From contig NC_043020.1 in assembly GCF_006345805.1 (NCBI RefSeq), positions 25,606,001-25,670,000 on the forward strand: a stretch of 64,000 nucleotides of DNA, written 5' to 3'. This document shows positions 37,386 through 53,746 of this stretch, piece by piece (the first letter of the stretch is position 1; every line of letters starts with the position of its first letter). A program made the translations under genes and the position numbers. Source of the stretch: Octopus sinensis (Eukaryota). Below the pieces are notes generated by a model. The model was not told where the DNA came from. It made no database searches and saw only the letters and a list, made by a program, of their open reading frames with translations.

Positions 37386-39282
37386 AACATATATATATGT
37401 ATGTATGTTTGTATATATGTATGCATGCATGTGTGTTTGTATGTATGTTTGTTTGTATGTACGTACGTACGTATGTATATATGTATATGTGTGTGTATGT
37501 ATGTATGTACCTATGTATGCATGCGTATGTGTGTGAGAGAGATAAAGATAGAAGGAAAAAACAGAGAAAGAGAAAGAGAGAGTGAGAAAGAGAGAGAGAG
37601 AGAGAAAGGGAGAGAGAATGGTATTAGATAACTTGAACAATATTGTCCCATTTGTTTTAGAACTGGATTTGCATTTTCTCAGGGACCCTTCATACGATCT
37701 TTAGACTTAATTTAATCACCGACCAAAACATGTTCGTATTACATTATAGACTTTGCCTTTCATCCTTTCGGAGGTCGATAAATTAAGTACCAGTTGTGTA
37801 CTGGGGTCAATCTAATCGACTGCCCCCGTCCCACAAAACTTCAGGCTTTTTGCCTAGAGTAGAGACGATAATATTATTTTCAAAACTAACATCTGACAAT
37901 GCAATACTTTATATATGAAAAATATCCTATGAGATGGTCATAGTTGGAACCTATAAAATTAAATGTAACAACAATAACAACAGCGTTTTGAAGCATTCTG
38001 TAAATTTAAATCGCAGCAGTTTGAGTACTAACATATTTTGGCTCTCAGACAAATATTATCTCTTCAGGCATCTTTTAGGAGATATATTAGCTGAGAAAAT
38101 GCTTAAGATTTCACTTTTGACAATTTAAATTTAAATGTTGAAGTGAATCTAACGGTTTCTGTGTTTCTTAAATGGTTTATAAACACCTTCCACGATGCAA
38201 TTGTTTTCGTTCCAGCACACGATCTCAGATCAGGTCACTTGCTATGCATAATGTTTTTTTTTTATATAATTATTCCAGGGTTGCAATAATCTGAGGTAGC
38301 AGATACTTTTGTCAAATCCAAGTAAATCCGAAAATATATTTGTAGGGAATTGAATCAATCTCCTTTCAGTAAACACGCCATATTGGTGCAATGTTTCGTT
38401 TCAACCAGCGTTCTTTATCTTTCTTCAGAAAATGCAGCTCTTTATCAATCTGAAGCCGTTCGACATATTCTTATACTTCTTCCTTTCCACTTGCCTGGTC
38501 ATCAATCACTACCTCGTTGCTGTAATGGGAAAAGTCTTCAAGGAATTCATTGTGGCAGTTTGTGTAAAGTTTATCCAAATTGTTTAAGTAAACAATACGC
38601 CCGTCCATATTTTTCAGCCAACCGGCGAGTTTTATTGCTAGCTACAAAACTTGTACGTGCTGTGGCAAGCTATGTATGACATGCCAGTTTGATTACCATT
38701 TTTCTTTTAAATATACAGGTGTATTGTGGTATTATGTGAAACGTCGACATCTCGTATCTATACCCACTTATTAAGTTCCTTCCTGGTGGTTTCCGAGTAT
38801 ATAACCTCCCTTTGATCTATAGGGAGATGCTGAAATAAATGTGTATTATTGATGATATTCATACAGCGATGCTTGATGACTGTATACCATTTCAATAGCG
38901 GCTGATGTCCTCATTTTTTATTCTAGATATTTGACTAAAAAGCTTTGAAATGTTCTTTTGATGTGTCTTATTTTACACAGATATGGTGGTTTGTTTTTGA
39001 ACTCCAGTCAAAGCTTATGTGTTAGACAAAGCATAATAAAGTTTGAGAGATGGGCATGTTTGAGGCCTTGGGTTTCTAATATTGTTTTGATTTTCCTAAA
39101 TGATTGTTATTATCTTTAGAGATAAATATACATAATATTTAAAACTTCACAGTAAGGCGATGAGCTGGCAGAATCGTTACCGCACCGGAATAATTTATAG
39201 CGATATTTCTACAAATTCTGAAGGCTCTGAGTTCAAAATCCGCTGTGGTCAAATTTACTTTCCATCATTTTGGAGTTGATAC

Positions 39283-39594
39283 ATTGATTTGTCTGGAAAG
39301 TTCGTGCAGATTTTTAAAGGAATGAAAAGTGTCATTAGATATTTAATGAAACATTTTGTTGCACAATGTCTCTCCATCTTCCCTTAACTTGAAAATACCC
39401 TCTTCCCAGAATTGAGGTGGTTTCATGGCAAAGAATTCATCAAGGTTTCTTTTTACGTCATCCAAGGAATTGACATTTTTACCATTAAGACTATTCTGCA
39501 GAGACCTGAATAAGTGGAAATCCGAAGGAGCAATATCAGGTGAATATGGAGGGTGGGGCAACACATCCCAGACGAGCTGCAGCAATTTTTGTCT
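39283..39594 (-). mobile_element. Mariner 3' fragment abutting a truncated SINE A (39155-39280) at a TA
   Basis: ORF 39343..39585(-) LLQLVWDVLPHPPYSPDIAPSDFHLFRSLQNSL; same family as 25812-26290; ends in (GATA)n. Confidence 0.88.
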
Positions 39595-39595
39595 G

Positions 39596-39658
<63 letters not shown>

Positions 39659-40907
39659 GGATAGATAGATAGGTAAACAACCAGATAAAATTCTTCACGC
39701 TTCTAATATTCAGGTAATTGATTTTTCGACATTTCAAGACGTCTTCTTTATGCTTTCGTTCTCCTGTTTTCTGCTACCGTGTTAATTGTCTGCTTCCAAA
39801 ATTACATTTGTATTTTTTTGTTTTTTTGTGATCATTCATGTGATGTATTCTGGCAAATTCACTGGTCGGGTTAACTCAGTTGGAAGGTTATTTTATTACA
39901 TCCATTTTCGCCCAATTTTCACTTGTTTTCATCTTTTATTTCATTGTGGGTAACATATGTCGAACTAATCCCGGGCGATTGCTTTCCTATGCCATTTCTT
40001 CATGCTTTGTGTCTTTTCGTTTGGTCAATTTATTATTCATATCTACTTTCATATGTTTTGACTCTTATTGGCTTCTGTCTAGTGTCGCTAAAGAACGTTA
40101 ATCTATCGTTATATTCTTTATTTTTACTTATTATATCTGGTATTTCTAAATTGTTATATATTGCAGTTATTCATTTTGCTGTTCATCATGTTTTGCGAGA
40201 CAGATGTAAAAAAAGTTGTACTGATGTCGCTAAAATTTACGTGCTGTTGCCACTATTACATCATCAAATATTTACAGTGTTTTTAGTCTTGACATGTTCA
40301 TAAAAATAAAAAAAATATGCACTCGTTATGCAAGCATTCATACTACATGACTACGACATATTTTTCTATAAAGCATACAGAAGAGGGAGATGCATTGTAC
40401 CTAATTTCATTCAGTGTGATACCATCTTTGTTCGGCCAGCCTATATTTATATGTATTATATTGTCCTACAAGTCCCAAATGTACTTCGACAGCGTGGCTG
40501 TATTTATTCCCTAGATATTGCGGAATGATTATATGTGATGTTTGTACCAGGCTTTGAACATACTGCTTGTTTTCCGTTGTAGTTTTTATTCCTAGTTTAC
40601 GTAATATTAATTTTTGCTGGTCTCCATTTAATCGGTGCAGTATCAATCCATTGCATTCGCACTTGTTTCTTGTTACTCAATGTATGTTTGTTGATATTTA
40701 GTTAATGATAGTTTGGATGAGTTCATGGTGTGCCTTGTGCAACTGTAACAAACAACGTGCTGTTTCTGAAAGAACTGAAAACACTATAAAACAGTTGATG
40801 TCTTTAACAAGAAAAATACCGCAAACAATCGGCTATGCGGAATATTTGTTAATGAATGGTAATAATAACCAGTGTGAACTGTGAATACTTTGCTAGAGAG
40901 AGCGAGA

Positions 40908-40943
<36 letters not shown>

Positions 40944-41468
40944 CAGGTAGACAGATAGACAGACAGAGCAAAAAAGAGAGGGAGAGAGAGTATGAAAGAA
41001 AGAGAGAGACACACACATAGACATAGATAGACAGAGTGAGAAAGAGGGGCAGAGAGTGAGTGAGAGAGAGAGAGAGAAATCAATAACTTGCTTTTGAAAT
41101 GAGCGTCTCTATCTTACACCTTCCGTCACGTTGAAATTCGATTTTTAATTATTCTCGCTAACAATCAATCATGCTGTTGTTATTATGGCTTCTGTTGTTG
41201 TTGTTTTTTTTGTATTGTTGTTGTAGACTGTCTTGTTGGTGGTGGTGGTCGTGGTGTTGTTGTTTTTGCTGTTGTTATTGTTGTCTTTGAAAAAATGATA
41301 AATAAAAGTAACAACAGTATTAATAATAATAATAATAATATAATAATAATAATAATAATAATAATGATGATGATGATGATTATGATGATGATGGTGATGA
41401 TGATGTTGATTATGATGATTATGATGGTGGTAGTGGTGGTGGTGATGATGATGATGATGATGACGATG

Positions 41469-41507
<39 letters not shown>

Positions 41508-42333
41508 TTAATAATGATAATAAAAATAATAATAATAATGATAATAATAATAATAATAATAGTAATAATAATAATAATAATTGTTATAGTGAAAGGATTT
41601 ATTCTCATCGCTAGTCGTATTGTTGTTGTTGTTGCTGATGATGATGCTTTTAGTCCGAAGACAAATGTGATCGAGCAGCTAACTCTTTGATAAATGCCAC
41701 TCCAGCCGTGATCATCCAGTCTGTTTTATTCCAATGTATCTCTGAATCTATATCATCAAATATTTCATTACCCATTTTCGAATCTATAGAGCGTGATCAC
41801 ATGACTCAACGACTGTAATTGCTTACAGATCGATCAGACATGCAAAAGTTCCCTCTACACTCGCTCAGTCACTCTATTCTTCTTTATTTTTGTTGTTTGT
41901 TTTCGGTATTGCTGTGTGACGTTTCTTGTTGAATTCATCATGGAATGTGTAAGATTTAAAAGTTCTCCTCACACTTTAAACAAACAGTTTCAAGTGACAT
42001 GGGTGCAGTGAGTGAAATCACGTGGTTTAGTAGTTAGGATATAGTCCGCTGTCGATCGCTAGGTCGCGCTTGCATTTCCAGTCCTTGAGCAAGATGTTTT
42101 ATTTCACGTTGCTCCAATCCACTCAGTTCACGTGTAATGCAGACACACACACACACACACACATATATATGTATGTATATATAGACATATATATATATAT
42201 ATATACACATGCATGTATATATATAAATATATGTATATATGTATGTATTATATACATATGTATATACATACATATATATACATATGTATATATGTATATG
42301 TATATATGTATATATATGATTATATATATAATC

Positions 42334-42372
<39 letters not shown>

Positions 42373-42614
42373 ATTGGTTTTAACTGGGGCACCCGTAGTT
42401 GTAACCGAGTTGCAGTATGTGTACCATAATATACTTCGAATACAGCGACGAAAGCCAGAGCATTTACGATTGTTTGTATAGAGTTCATATAGTGTTTTGA
42501 ATAACTATAGCATTGCTACATCATACATGAAACACGGTTGTTGTTTTTAGTCCATTTGTTGCTGTTGTTGTTATTACTGTTCAATTACATTTTATTTACG
42601 ACTGAGGTGACTTA

Positions 42615-42875
42615 GGGTACAAGTGTAAAGAACATCTTTGGTCATGAATAACCATGGGATTGCACCTAGAAAGTTTCCCTCTAAGGCACAAGTCCGGACA
42701 AACTTCCCATCCTCGCCACAGATGTTATCGCAGGGAAAGGCATAGGGGCCAATACAGCTAGGCTCCAGGGACGTCGCGGCTCACTTCTGCAGCAGTGTGA
42801 ACTGGAGGAACGTAAAATAGAATGTCTGGCTCAAGAACACAACACAGAGCCCAGTCCGGGAAGCGAACGCACTAC
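42615..42875 (-). mobile_element. Decayed SINE sharing the family C central block
   Basis: gcagtgtgaactggaggaacgtaaaatagaatgtctggctcaagaacacaac resembles gagtggactggagcaacgtgaaatgaagtgttttgctcaagaacacaac. Confidence 0.6.
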
Positions 42876-43590
42876 CGCTTGATTGACAAATCTGAAGCTC
42901 TTATGAACATGTATATCCCCACCGTGACTACCACGTCGTATTATATAGTTATATCTAGAGTTACATCATATTATGTGTCTTTTACATTTGGCACAAGACG
43001 ACCGTGTGGCGGGTGGTGTAATTTAGAAGTTTTGTTGCTGTTTCTAAATGGTTCAGGGATTGCATACATGCTCCCAGGAGGTGCAGTCTTTGTGATTTCT
43101 TGTTAAATATTAGGGGTACATAAGCGCGGTAGGATACTGTATTTGCTACTGATTCAACGCAAATATTTCATTAAGCCACACACCACACACGCACACACAA
43201 CTACACACAAACACACATACGCACGCACACACGCGAACACACACAAAGTTCTTACGAGACGATAATGGCGCCAAGCTCTATCGATCGTTGAAGCTCTCCT
43301 AAATCTCAGAAGTGACATGCAGAGGGATCACCTGATGCATGAGAAACTGCCGGTCTTACATAAAGGGAAAATTAAATTCCCTTTTATGAGACTGAGACCG
43401 AACAAAGGAACCTCCGAATTGTATAGCTTAAAAGTAGGGGTACTCAGAATTCGTTTATATATATATGTATGTTATATATATATACATACATACATACATA
43501 TATTATATATATATATATAATATATATATATAATATATATATAATATATATATATGTATATATATATGTATATATATGGAGATGTATGTC

Positions 43591-43622
<32 letters not shown>

Positions 43623-43692
43623 ATATGTATACGTATATATATAAATATTATATAAATATTTATATATGTATGCATGTATGTATCTGTGTATG

Positions 43693-43755
<63 letters not shown>

Positions 43756-44830
43756 GCGTGTGTGAATGTGTATGTGTGTAGGAGAGAAAACATTTATAAA
43801 CTTGTGCATACGTATATATATGCATAACTAATATATTTATATACATATATATATATATATATGTATATATTTATATATGCATATATGTGCATATGCAAGC
43901 ACATACAGACACACAGACACAAACTACATAGATGCAGGAATACACAGCCACACACACACACACACACATATACACGCACATACACACATATATGTGTGTG
44001 TAGTGTACGACATACGCACATACACTCACGTACACACAAACACCCACACACAAGCACACGCACACACACACAAACACATAAACACACACAAACAGAGACA
44101 CACGCACACACACACATACCTTGCAGACACACTCAGTTTCCCCCACGCAATATTTCCCGCTCTCTTTGCTCTTGCAGTTTGTACAGATTCTACAGTTATT
44201 CTTCTTGTTGTTGCTGATGTTGTTCTGATGTTGCTGTTGCCGGTGCTGCCGGCTTTTCTGCTGCTGTTGCAGTTATCAATATCGTTGCATATTCTTCTTC
44301 AGCGGCTGCGGTCACTGCGCTGCGTGCTGACACTGTTGCTGCTGATGAAGTTGCTGTTGCTACTACTGCTGCTGTCGCTGAAGGTGCATCTGTTATTGCT
44401 GTTGCTGTTGTCACTATGGTTGTTCCCACAAATCTCACCCTTACCCACAAAATGAAAGAATTTGAATGCCACTCCAGTCCGGAAGGAATTATTAGAAAAG
44501 TCATTCCTGTCCAGTCGGGCCCTCATCAATTTTTTCCAAGTTCCACTTGAAATGGCAAGGAACAGTGAGCGAGCCGAGAGGATTATTTCTCCTTCTGCGA
44601 ATTAATTGGTTCCTGCTGCTACGGTTAGGTGGGTGGATCTGAAGTCATAAGCCCTAGTAGATCAGAACATGAAAATAGGGAGATGACCCCAGCCCTCGTT
44701 GTATCAGGGTGGTCTTGTATTTCTACGATGCATAATCTGATATTCATTTTGTTTTTGTGCAACCGGGTTCACTTAATGGCCGCTTCATAAGTCGACCTCT
44801 TTGCAAATATTAGCGGCCATCATCAGCGCT

Positions 44831-44867
<37 letters not shown>

Positions 44868-45403
44868 GGGTAATAACCAGCATAAGTGACAAAAATATCG
44901 TAGTCGTGACCGTCGGAGACGTAGTCGTCAGCGTCGTCATTGCCATCGTTATCATCACTACCATCATCACCACAGTCACCCAGCATCACTCTCATTCCCA
45001 CTATCATCGTCACCATCGTCGCCACCAACATCTCTACCATCGTTATCACCCACATCTTCATCACCGTCGTCATCATCAGTATCATCATCCTCATCATCAT
45101 CATCGTCATCATCAACATCATCATCATCATCAACATCATCATCATCACCATCACCACCATCATCACCATCATTATAATCATTATCTTCACGATGGTCATC
45201 GTCACCATTCTCCTCATCATCATTATGATCAGCATCATTATCATCATCATGGCAACCATCATCCACCTCCTCCTCCACCTCCTCCTCCTCGTCATCATCA
45301 TCATTTTTGTCGTCATCGTCGCTGTCGCCGTCGTCATATTCGCCGCCGCAACTACTTCAGTTTTTAGATCATAATTCACTTTCACTTTCGTTTTTCTTTT
45401 CGC

Positions 45404-46124
<721 letters not shown>

Positions 46125-46145
46125 CTATTGTTATTATTATTATTA

Positions 46146-46199
<54 letters not shown>

Positions 46200-46315
46200 C
46201 TATTGTTATTATTATTATTGTTGTTATTATTATTATTATTATTATCATTATTATTATTATTATTATTACTATTTATTATTATTATTATTATTTATTATTT
46301 TTATTATTATTATTA

Positions 46316-46350
<35 letters not shown>

Positions 46351-46386
46351 TTATTATTAATATTATTATTATTATTATTATTTTTA

Positions 46387-46420
<34 letters not shown>

Positions 46421-46457
46421 CATTATTTATTATTTTCATTATTATTATTATTTATTA

Positions 46458-46504
<47 letters not shown>

Positions 46505-46859
46505 ATTATTATTATTATTATCATTATTATTATTAGTATGCTTACCACTATTTCCAAGATGTTGTTTATTAAGATAATATTAAATTTGCAGTTTTATATC
46601 TGTGAAGTCGACAGTTCATTTATACCCCAAGAAAGAAGTGTAGAGTAATTAAAGCTATCTTCTTTATCACCTGTTCATTACATCTGCCACACCCTCCGCT
46701 AACAGTACAATCAACCATTACAATAACAATAACATCACCACCAACAATAACAACAACAACAACAGCAGCAACAACAAGAGTAATGATAATAATAATGACA
46801 GCAACATTATTATCAATAATATCAATCATAATAATAACAACAATAACAACAACAACAAC

Positions 46860-46907
<48 letters not shown>

Positions 46908-47078
46908 CCGCTACGCCGCCACCACCATCACAACGACAACGACAACAACATCAAAAGCAACAATGATAACAGCAGTAGCACTGACGTCATCATCATCATC
47001 ATCATGTTCGACAACGAGAACTGCACGAACTTAAATATCAACAACAATGACAGCAGCGAAAACATCATCATCACAACC

Positions 47079-47148
<70 letters not shown>

Positions 47149-48304
47149 CCATCTCACCACCACCACCACCATCATAATCATACTGATCATCATCATGATC
47201 ATCATCACCATCATCATCACCACCACCACCACAATCATCATCATCATCCTCATCGCCGTCGTCGACGTCGGCCTCAATATCAGCAACAGCATCATTATCA
47301 GCAGCAGCAGCAGCATCGTTGTCATTATCATCTCCTTAATTGATAACAACAACACAAACAAAATGAACGCCACAGCTCGAACATTAACAGCAGCGACATG
47401 GAGAGGAAAAGCGTGAGCACGGCCATCCCCATCCCCAGCGCCAGCGCCATCAGCACCTCCACTGTTACCAGTACCACCACTGCCACTAGGACTACCACCG
47501 GCACCTCCACTACCACAACCATCACCACGACCACCTATTTCTGCCGCTTCCACCGCCACAACCATTTTCACTTCCACCGCTATCAATATTACCACTGCCA
47601 CCACCAAAACTACCACCAGCACCAGCACCAACACCGCCGTCCACTACTACCACTCATACCATCACCACCAGCATACCATCATCACCGCTACCACCAAAAT
47701 CCGAACCCGTACCACCATCACCACCACCACCACCACGACACTATCATCATCACCGCCTCCACCACCACCACCACCACCACCACCACCACCACAGCGGCAA
47801 CAGAAGCAACAGGACCTTCAGCCACAACAATAACAACAACACGAAGGTGAACGTGTACGATCAATTACGAATCGAAGAAATGATGATGCCTCTTCATGAT
47901 ATTTCGATCTGCTGGAAAGAGCAGCTGAACTTCCCTCAAATCACACCCAGCTGCCTTTAAAGCAAACCACAGGTTCTGTGAATAGCTATAAGTTCTCAGC
48001 ACATGAGAACAAAAAATGTACAGGAGCGTCATAACTGGAACGCTTTTTTATATCATAGAGCTGTTCATTTCAAACACACAAGAATAAGAGTAGATTGGTC
48101 ATATTTGGAGCACTTTTTGTCATAAGTGTACGAAATCTGGATAGACCCCGAGTTAAGTTTGAAACAATCAAAACACAAGCTCGTAAGTGGTCGGTCTGAA
48201 CTGCTAGAAATAACAGCCAAGATTCTTTGAATCTATAAGCTATTAAAAAATGAAGAATGTCCTGTACAATGCCGTTCTCGATATGCTATCAGCAAACAAA
48301 TGGA

Positions 48305-48480
48305 GTAAGACGGTGAGCTGGCGGAATCGTTAGAGCATCGAACAAATTGCTTAACAGTAGTTCTTCTGGATATTTACGTATCGAGTTCAAATCCCACCGA
48401 GTACTCAATGTTGTCTATCATCCTTTCTTGGTCGATAAAATAAACGCTAGTGAAGTACTGGGGTCGATGTAATCGACTAG
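48305..48480 (+). mobile_element. SINE family A, decayed
   Basis: gacggtgagctggcggaatcgttag...gagttcaaatccc...gtactggggtcgatgtaatcgac. Confidence 0.8.
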
Positions 48481-49110
48481 GGGAACCGACAATAGGGTCA
48501 AACCTCGTTTAGGGAGTTTGTTGTGATGTGGTTTATGTATGCTCTATGGAAACCGAGTACACGGTCTTTGGGGTTTCTTGGGTTCAACAAAAAGAAAAAG
48601 CCAAGAAAAATATGGAACGGTCATGGTTGGAGTGTCTTTGAATATAGACGTGCTCGTTCATGATTGAACTGGGTGGTGAAACAATAATAATGACACCAAG
48701 TGGAATATCTTGAACAGTTAGGTTTATTAAGATTAGCCCCAGAGTTATGACTGCAGCCATTGGTTCCACTACAAATGTAAGCGCAACCATCACCACCAAT
48801 GACCCCCCCCCCCCCCCCCACCACTACCCCCCCACCACCACTGCAGCAACAGTGCAAACCTTCACCATTACCATCATTACAGACACCACCACAGCTACCA
48901 TCACCACCACCACCACCAAAACCACCACCACCAAAACCACCACCAACACTACCACCACCACAACCACCACCACCACCACCACCAAAACCACCACCAACAC
49001 TACCACCACCACCACCACCACTGCAACAACAGTTCCACCATCACCAATACCGTCATTACAGACACCACCACCGCTACCACCATCACCACCACTACCAACA
49101 ACAACCACAT

Positions 49111-49142
<32 letters not shown>

Positions 49143-51122
49143 AAACAGCGGCAACAGCACCGTCAGCACCATCAGTACCACCACCACAACCACCAGCATC
49201 ACCCACCAATACCGCCGCCACTAGATTTCACACCCATAAAAAAAAGGGTAACAATGTCCACTACCACCACTACCATCACCACCGCCATCATCATCATTAC
49301 TACCATCTCCCCGTCCTCCTCCTCCTCCTCCTCCGGCTCTTCATCGTCGTCGTCGTCATCGACACGATTCTCACCATCATCCACGCGTTCTTATGCACCT
49401 TCTCTTTATCACCACTTCCGTCATTTCCTCACCGACATAATGACCACCACCATGACCACCACCACTACCACCACGACCACCACCACGTCCACCACAACCA
49501 CCACGACCACCACGACCACCACGACCACCACAACCACGACCACCACCACGACCACCACGACCACGACCACGACACCACAACCACGACCACGACCACCATC
49601 ACCCTCATCATCACCACCACCACCACGACCACCACGACCACCACCACAACACGACCACCACCACGACCACCACCACTACCACCACGACCACCACCACGTC
49701 CACCACGACCACCACGACCACCACGACCACCACAACCACGACCACCACCACGACCACCACGACCACGACCACCACAACCACGACACGACCACCATACCTC
49801 ATCATCACCACGACCACCACGACCACCACGACCACCACCACAACCACCACCACCACCACGAACCACCACTACCACAGACCACCACCACCGTCCACCACGA
49901 CCACCACGCCACCACGACCCACAACCACGACACCACCACACCCCACGACCACGACCACCACCACCACAATCACGACCACGACATCACCCTCATCATCACC
50001 AAAACCACCACGACCACCACGACCACCACGGCTATCATCACATCGTCGTAGTCGTCGTCGTAATCATCACGGTCATCACCACTATCATCATCACCATCAG
50101 CGGTAGCAGCTTCGTCATCATGAACATCCACTTCCATTACAGCCTCCTCCTCCTCTCCCACCATCACCATTACCGACATCGCCTCCTCCTTCCTTCCCAA
50201 TCTCCTCCTCCTCCTCTCATCATTCTTCGGTGCAAATTAGATTAATGACAAGAGAACCAACATACCAATTGTCGTCATCATTCTTATCACTGAAAGTTAT
50301 CGCAGATATCATCATCATCATCACCACCACCATCATCCTCATTGTCATCATCATCATCATCATCATTATGATGATCATCATCATGGTCATCATCATCATC
50401 ATCATCATTATCATCATCATCATGGTCATCATCATCATCATCATCATTATCATCGTCATCATGGTCATCATCATCATCATCATTATCATCTTCATCATCG
50501 TCATCATCTTCGTCAATGAAATGATAATTATTTTGGTGATACAGATGGAAATGATAATGCATCAGCTGCTGACGACGATTATGCCTAAGATGATGACGCT
50601 GATGATGATGTTGATGATAACAATGATGATGATGACAACGATGATGATGATGATGAGGAGGAGGAGGAGGAGAAGGAAGACAATGACGCTGGTGATGATG
50701 ATGATAATGATGATGGTGATGATGATAATGATGATGATGATGATGGTAGTGGTGGTAGTGATGATGATGATGATGAGGAGGAGGAGGAGGACGACTACGA
50801 TGACGCTGTTGATGATGATGATGATGATGATGATAATGATGATGATGATGATGATGATGATCCTGATGATGATGAGGATGACGATGACGACGACGACGAT
50901 GATGATGATGACGTAAATGATTGACATCATCATCACCACCACCACCACAACCACCATGAACATCATCAACGTCAACGTCGTCATGGACAACACCTAAAAC
51001 TTAATATCAGAAATAACATTGGAGATAAGAAACTTTATCTGTAGCCATTTTTATCATGAGATGCTGTATCGTTTTCCTTATTATTGTCGTTGATGTTGTT
51101 GTTATTATTATTATTATTATTA

Positions 51123-51239
<117 letters not shown>

Positions 51240-51289
51240 TATTATTATTATTATTATTATTATCATTATTATTATTATTATTATTATTA

Positions 51290-51349
<60 letters not shown>

Positions 51350-51415
51350 TACTACTACTATTATTATTAATATTATTAATATTATTATTATTATTGTTAT
51401 TATTATTATCATTAC

Positions 51416-51446
<31 letters not shown>

Positions 51447-51668
51447 GTTATTATTATTATTAGTATTATTATTACTACTACTACTATTATTATTATTATT
51501 ATTATTATTATTGTTATTATTATTATTATTATTATTATCATTATTATTATTATTATTATTACTATTATTATTATTACTACTACTATTATTATTAATATTA
51601 TTAATATTATTAGTATTAGTATTATTACTATTCTTCTTCTTCTCCTTCTTCTTCTTCTTCTTCTTATT

Positions 51669-51702
<34 letters not shown>

Positions 51703-52809
51703 CATTTTGTGGTACAGTTCTGCTTGTTGTTTATTTAAATCCAAGCCAACACATGATAAAATTAATATTATATTACCTTATGTTAGGCGGCAGTGTGGTT
51801 TTCTAGTAAGAATTTTGCTTCCCAAGGAAATCATTCCGAGTTCGGTCATGCTGAGCGAATCTGTTTGACTGTAACCTCGGACTGATCAAAACTATGTCTG
51901 AGCATTTGCTAGAGAAAAAAACCAAAAGAAGCCCTTGTATGTATGTGTGTGTGTCTGTGTGTATGTGTGTGTCTGTGTGTGTCTGTGTGTGTGTGTTATG
52001 AGTCGAAAGAAAATAAGCTACTCTCGCAAAAAGAAATGCTAGATCGGATGTTAGACATCTGGTATCTTTATCCACAAAGGGTTAACAAAATAAAACAGGA
52101 TGGTCACGGATAGAACACCTCGGATCACAGATCCATTTAAATGAGCTAACCCGAGACTAAACATAATCAACCAATAAATAGAACAATAACTAATCGATAT
52201 ACTATAAAAACAACACCATGGAAAAGACTAACAGAAAAGCAAAATGGTTGACTAAAACACGCTAAAGTACAGATCCAATATGGAAGAAACGAATCAGTTG
52301 TCATTTTCGATGGGAATTTCGTTGTTTGTTTATAATTATAACTTCTCACTAAATTAACCAAAAACATCGTTGGTATTCTTAGCAATCATTCGATGTCGTG
52401 GTTCTTGTTTATCTTGTGTGATCCCATGCATCTATCGTGAAGTGTATATGGCTATTAGCTTCACTTTTTGAATTTGTAATTGCCTAATATGTGTGCGCGT
52501 GTTTTGTTGTGTTGTGTTGCATGTGTGTGTGAGTGTGTATGTGTGTGCAAATGTGTTTGTGAGAGGAGATGAACGTGCACGAATGCGTATGAATTGGTAT
52601 GTTACTAAATGTCACAAAATGTACGGATAATGTATTTTTTGTTGAATCACTTCAAAAACAAAAAAAATGTGTATGTGAGAAGAAAAGGAAGAAGTAGAGA
52701 GAAAAAGAGCGAGAGGAAAGAAAAGAAAAAGAACAAGAGCGAGAAGAAGAAAAAGAACGAGAAGAAGAAGAAGAAAAGAAGAAGAAGAGGAAGAAAGCAA
52801 TACTGCAAG

Positions 52810-52850
<41 letters not shown>

Positions 52851-52958
52851 ACTACTGCTGCTGCTGCTGCTACTGCTGCTGCTGCTGCAGCCACCACCGG
52901 TAGGTGTACTACGTGGGCCGAAGAAACTCGTCTGAAACTACCTAGGGATGCACTTGCA

Positions 52959-53002
<44 letters not shown>

Positions 53003-53486
53003 CAACAAAAACAATGATAATAATAATAATAATAATAATAATAATTATGATGATGATGATGATGATATAAGAACAACTACAATAAAATAACAACGATGAC
53101 AAAGGCATCGTCGATAAACTATTGAACAAACAGCACATTGTGAGAGACACGTAAGCCATTTCGTTGAAACAACATGGTAGAGACGTGCAAAAAGACAGAG
53201 AACGCCATGTTGAGGTCATGTGATCATGTGTGCAATTTTGAGGGGCAAATTTAGGTGATATTGAATAGTAAAACATCGGAAGTGATGGTGGTGGTGGTGG
53301 TGGTGGTGGCGGTGTTGGCGACGTTGCTGTTGTTATACTGAGTAGGAGTTGTGATAGATCGCGGTGTCACGGCGTGGTTCTTATAATTTCGGTTAAAGTC
53401 GATTTATAGAAAGAAATGCATTCGTACGGGCGCGCGTACACACACAAACACACCATATCAAACATTTATACATAATATATTATATT

Positions 53487-53543
<57 letters not shown>

Positions 53544-53667
53544 ATATGTATGTATATATAAATACATATATATGTATATATATATATAATATATCTATAT
53601 ATATATATATTATATATATATCTATGTATGTATATTACTATATATATATATATAAATATATTATATG

Positions 53668-53746
<79 letters not shown>

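Noticed and set aside
38380-38520. Short minus-strand frame EYVERLQIDKELHFLKKDKERWLKRNIAP
   Set aside because: Flanked by stops and not assignable to any family I recognise.
39880-40303. Hydrophobic 126-aa ORF suggesting a membrane protein
   Set aside because: T-rich composition explains the hydrophobicity; no recognisable motif or splice context.
44140-44455. A/T/S/Q-rich ORFs on both strands
   Set aside because: Degenerate (GCT/GTT)n low-complexity sequence.
48747-50051. 434-aa T/H/P-rich ORF resembling a mucin or His-rich protein
   Set aside because: It is entirely (ACC)/(CAC)/(ACCACG) repeat, which is open in several frames by default, with no splice or domain support.
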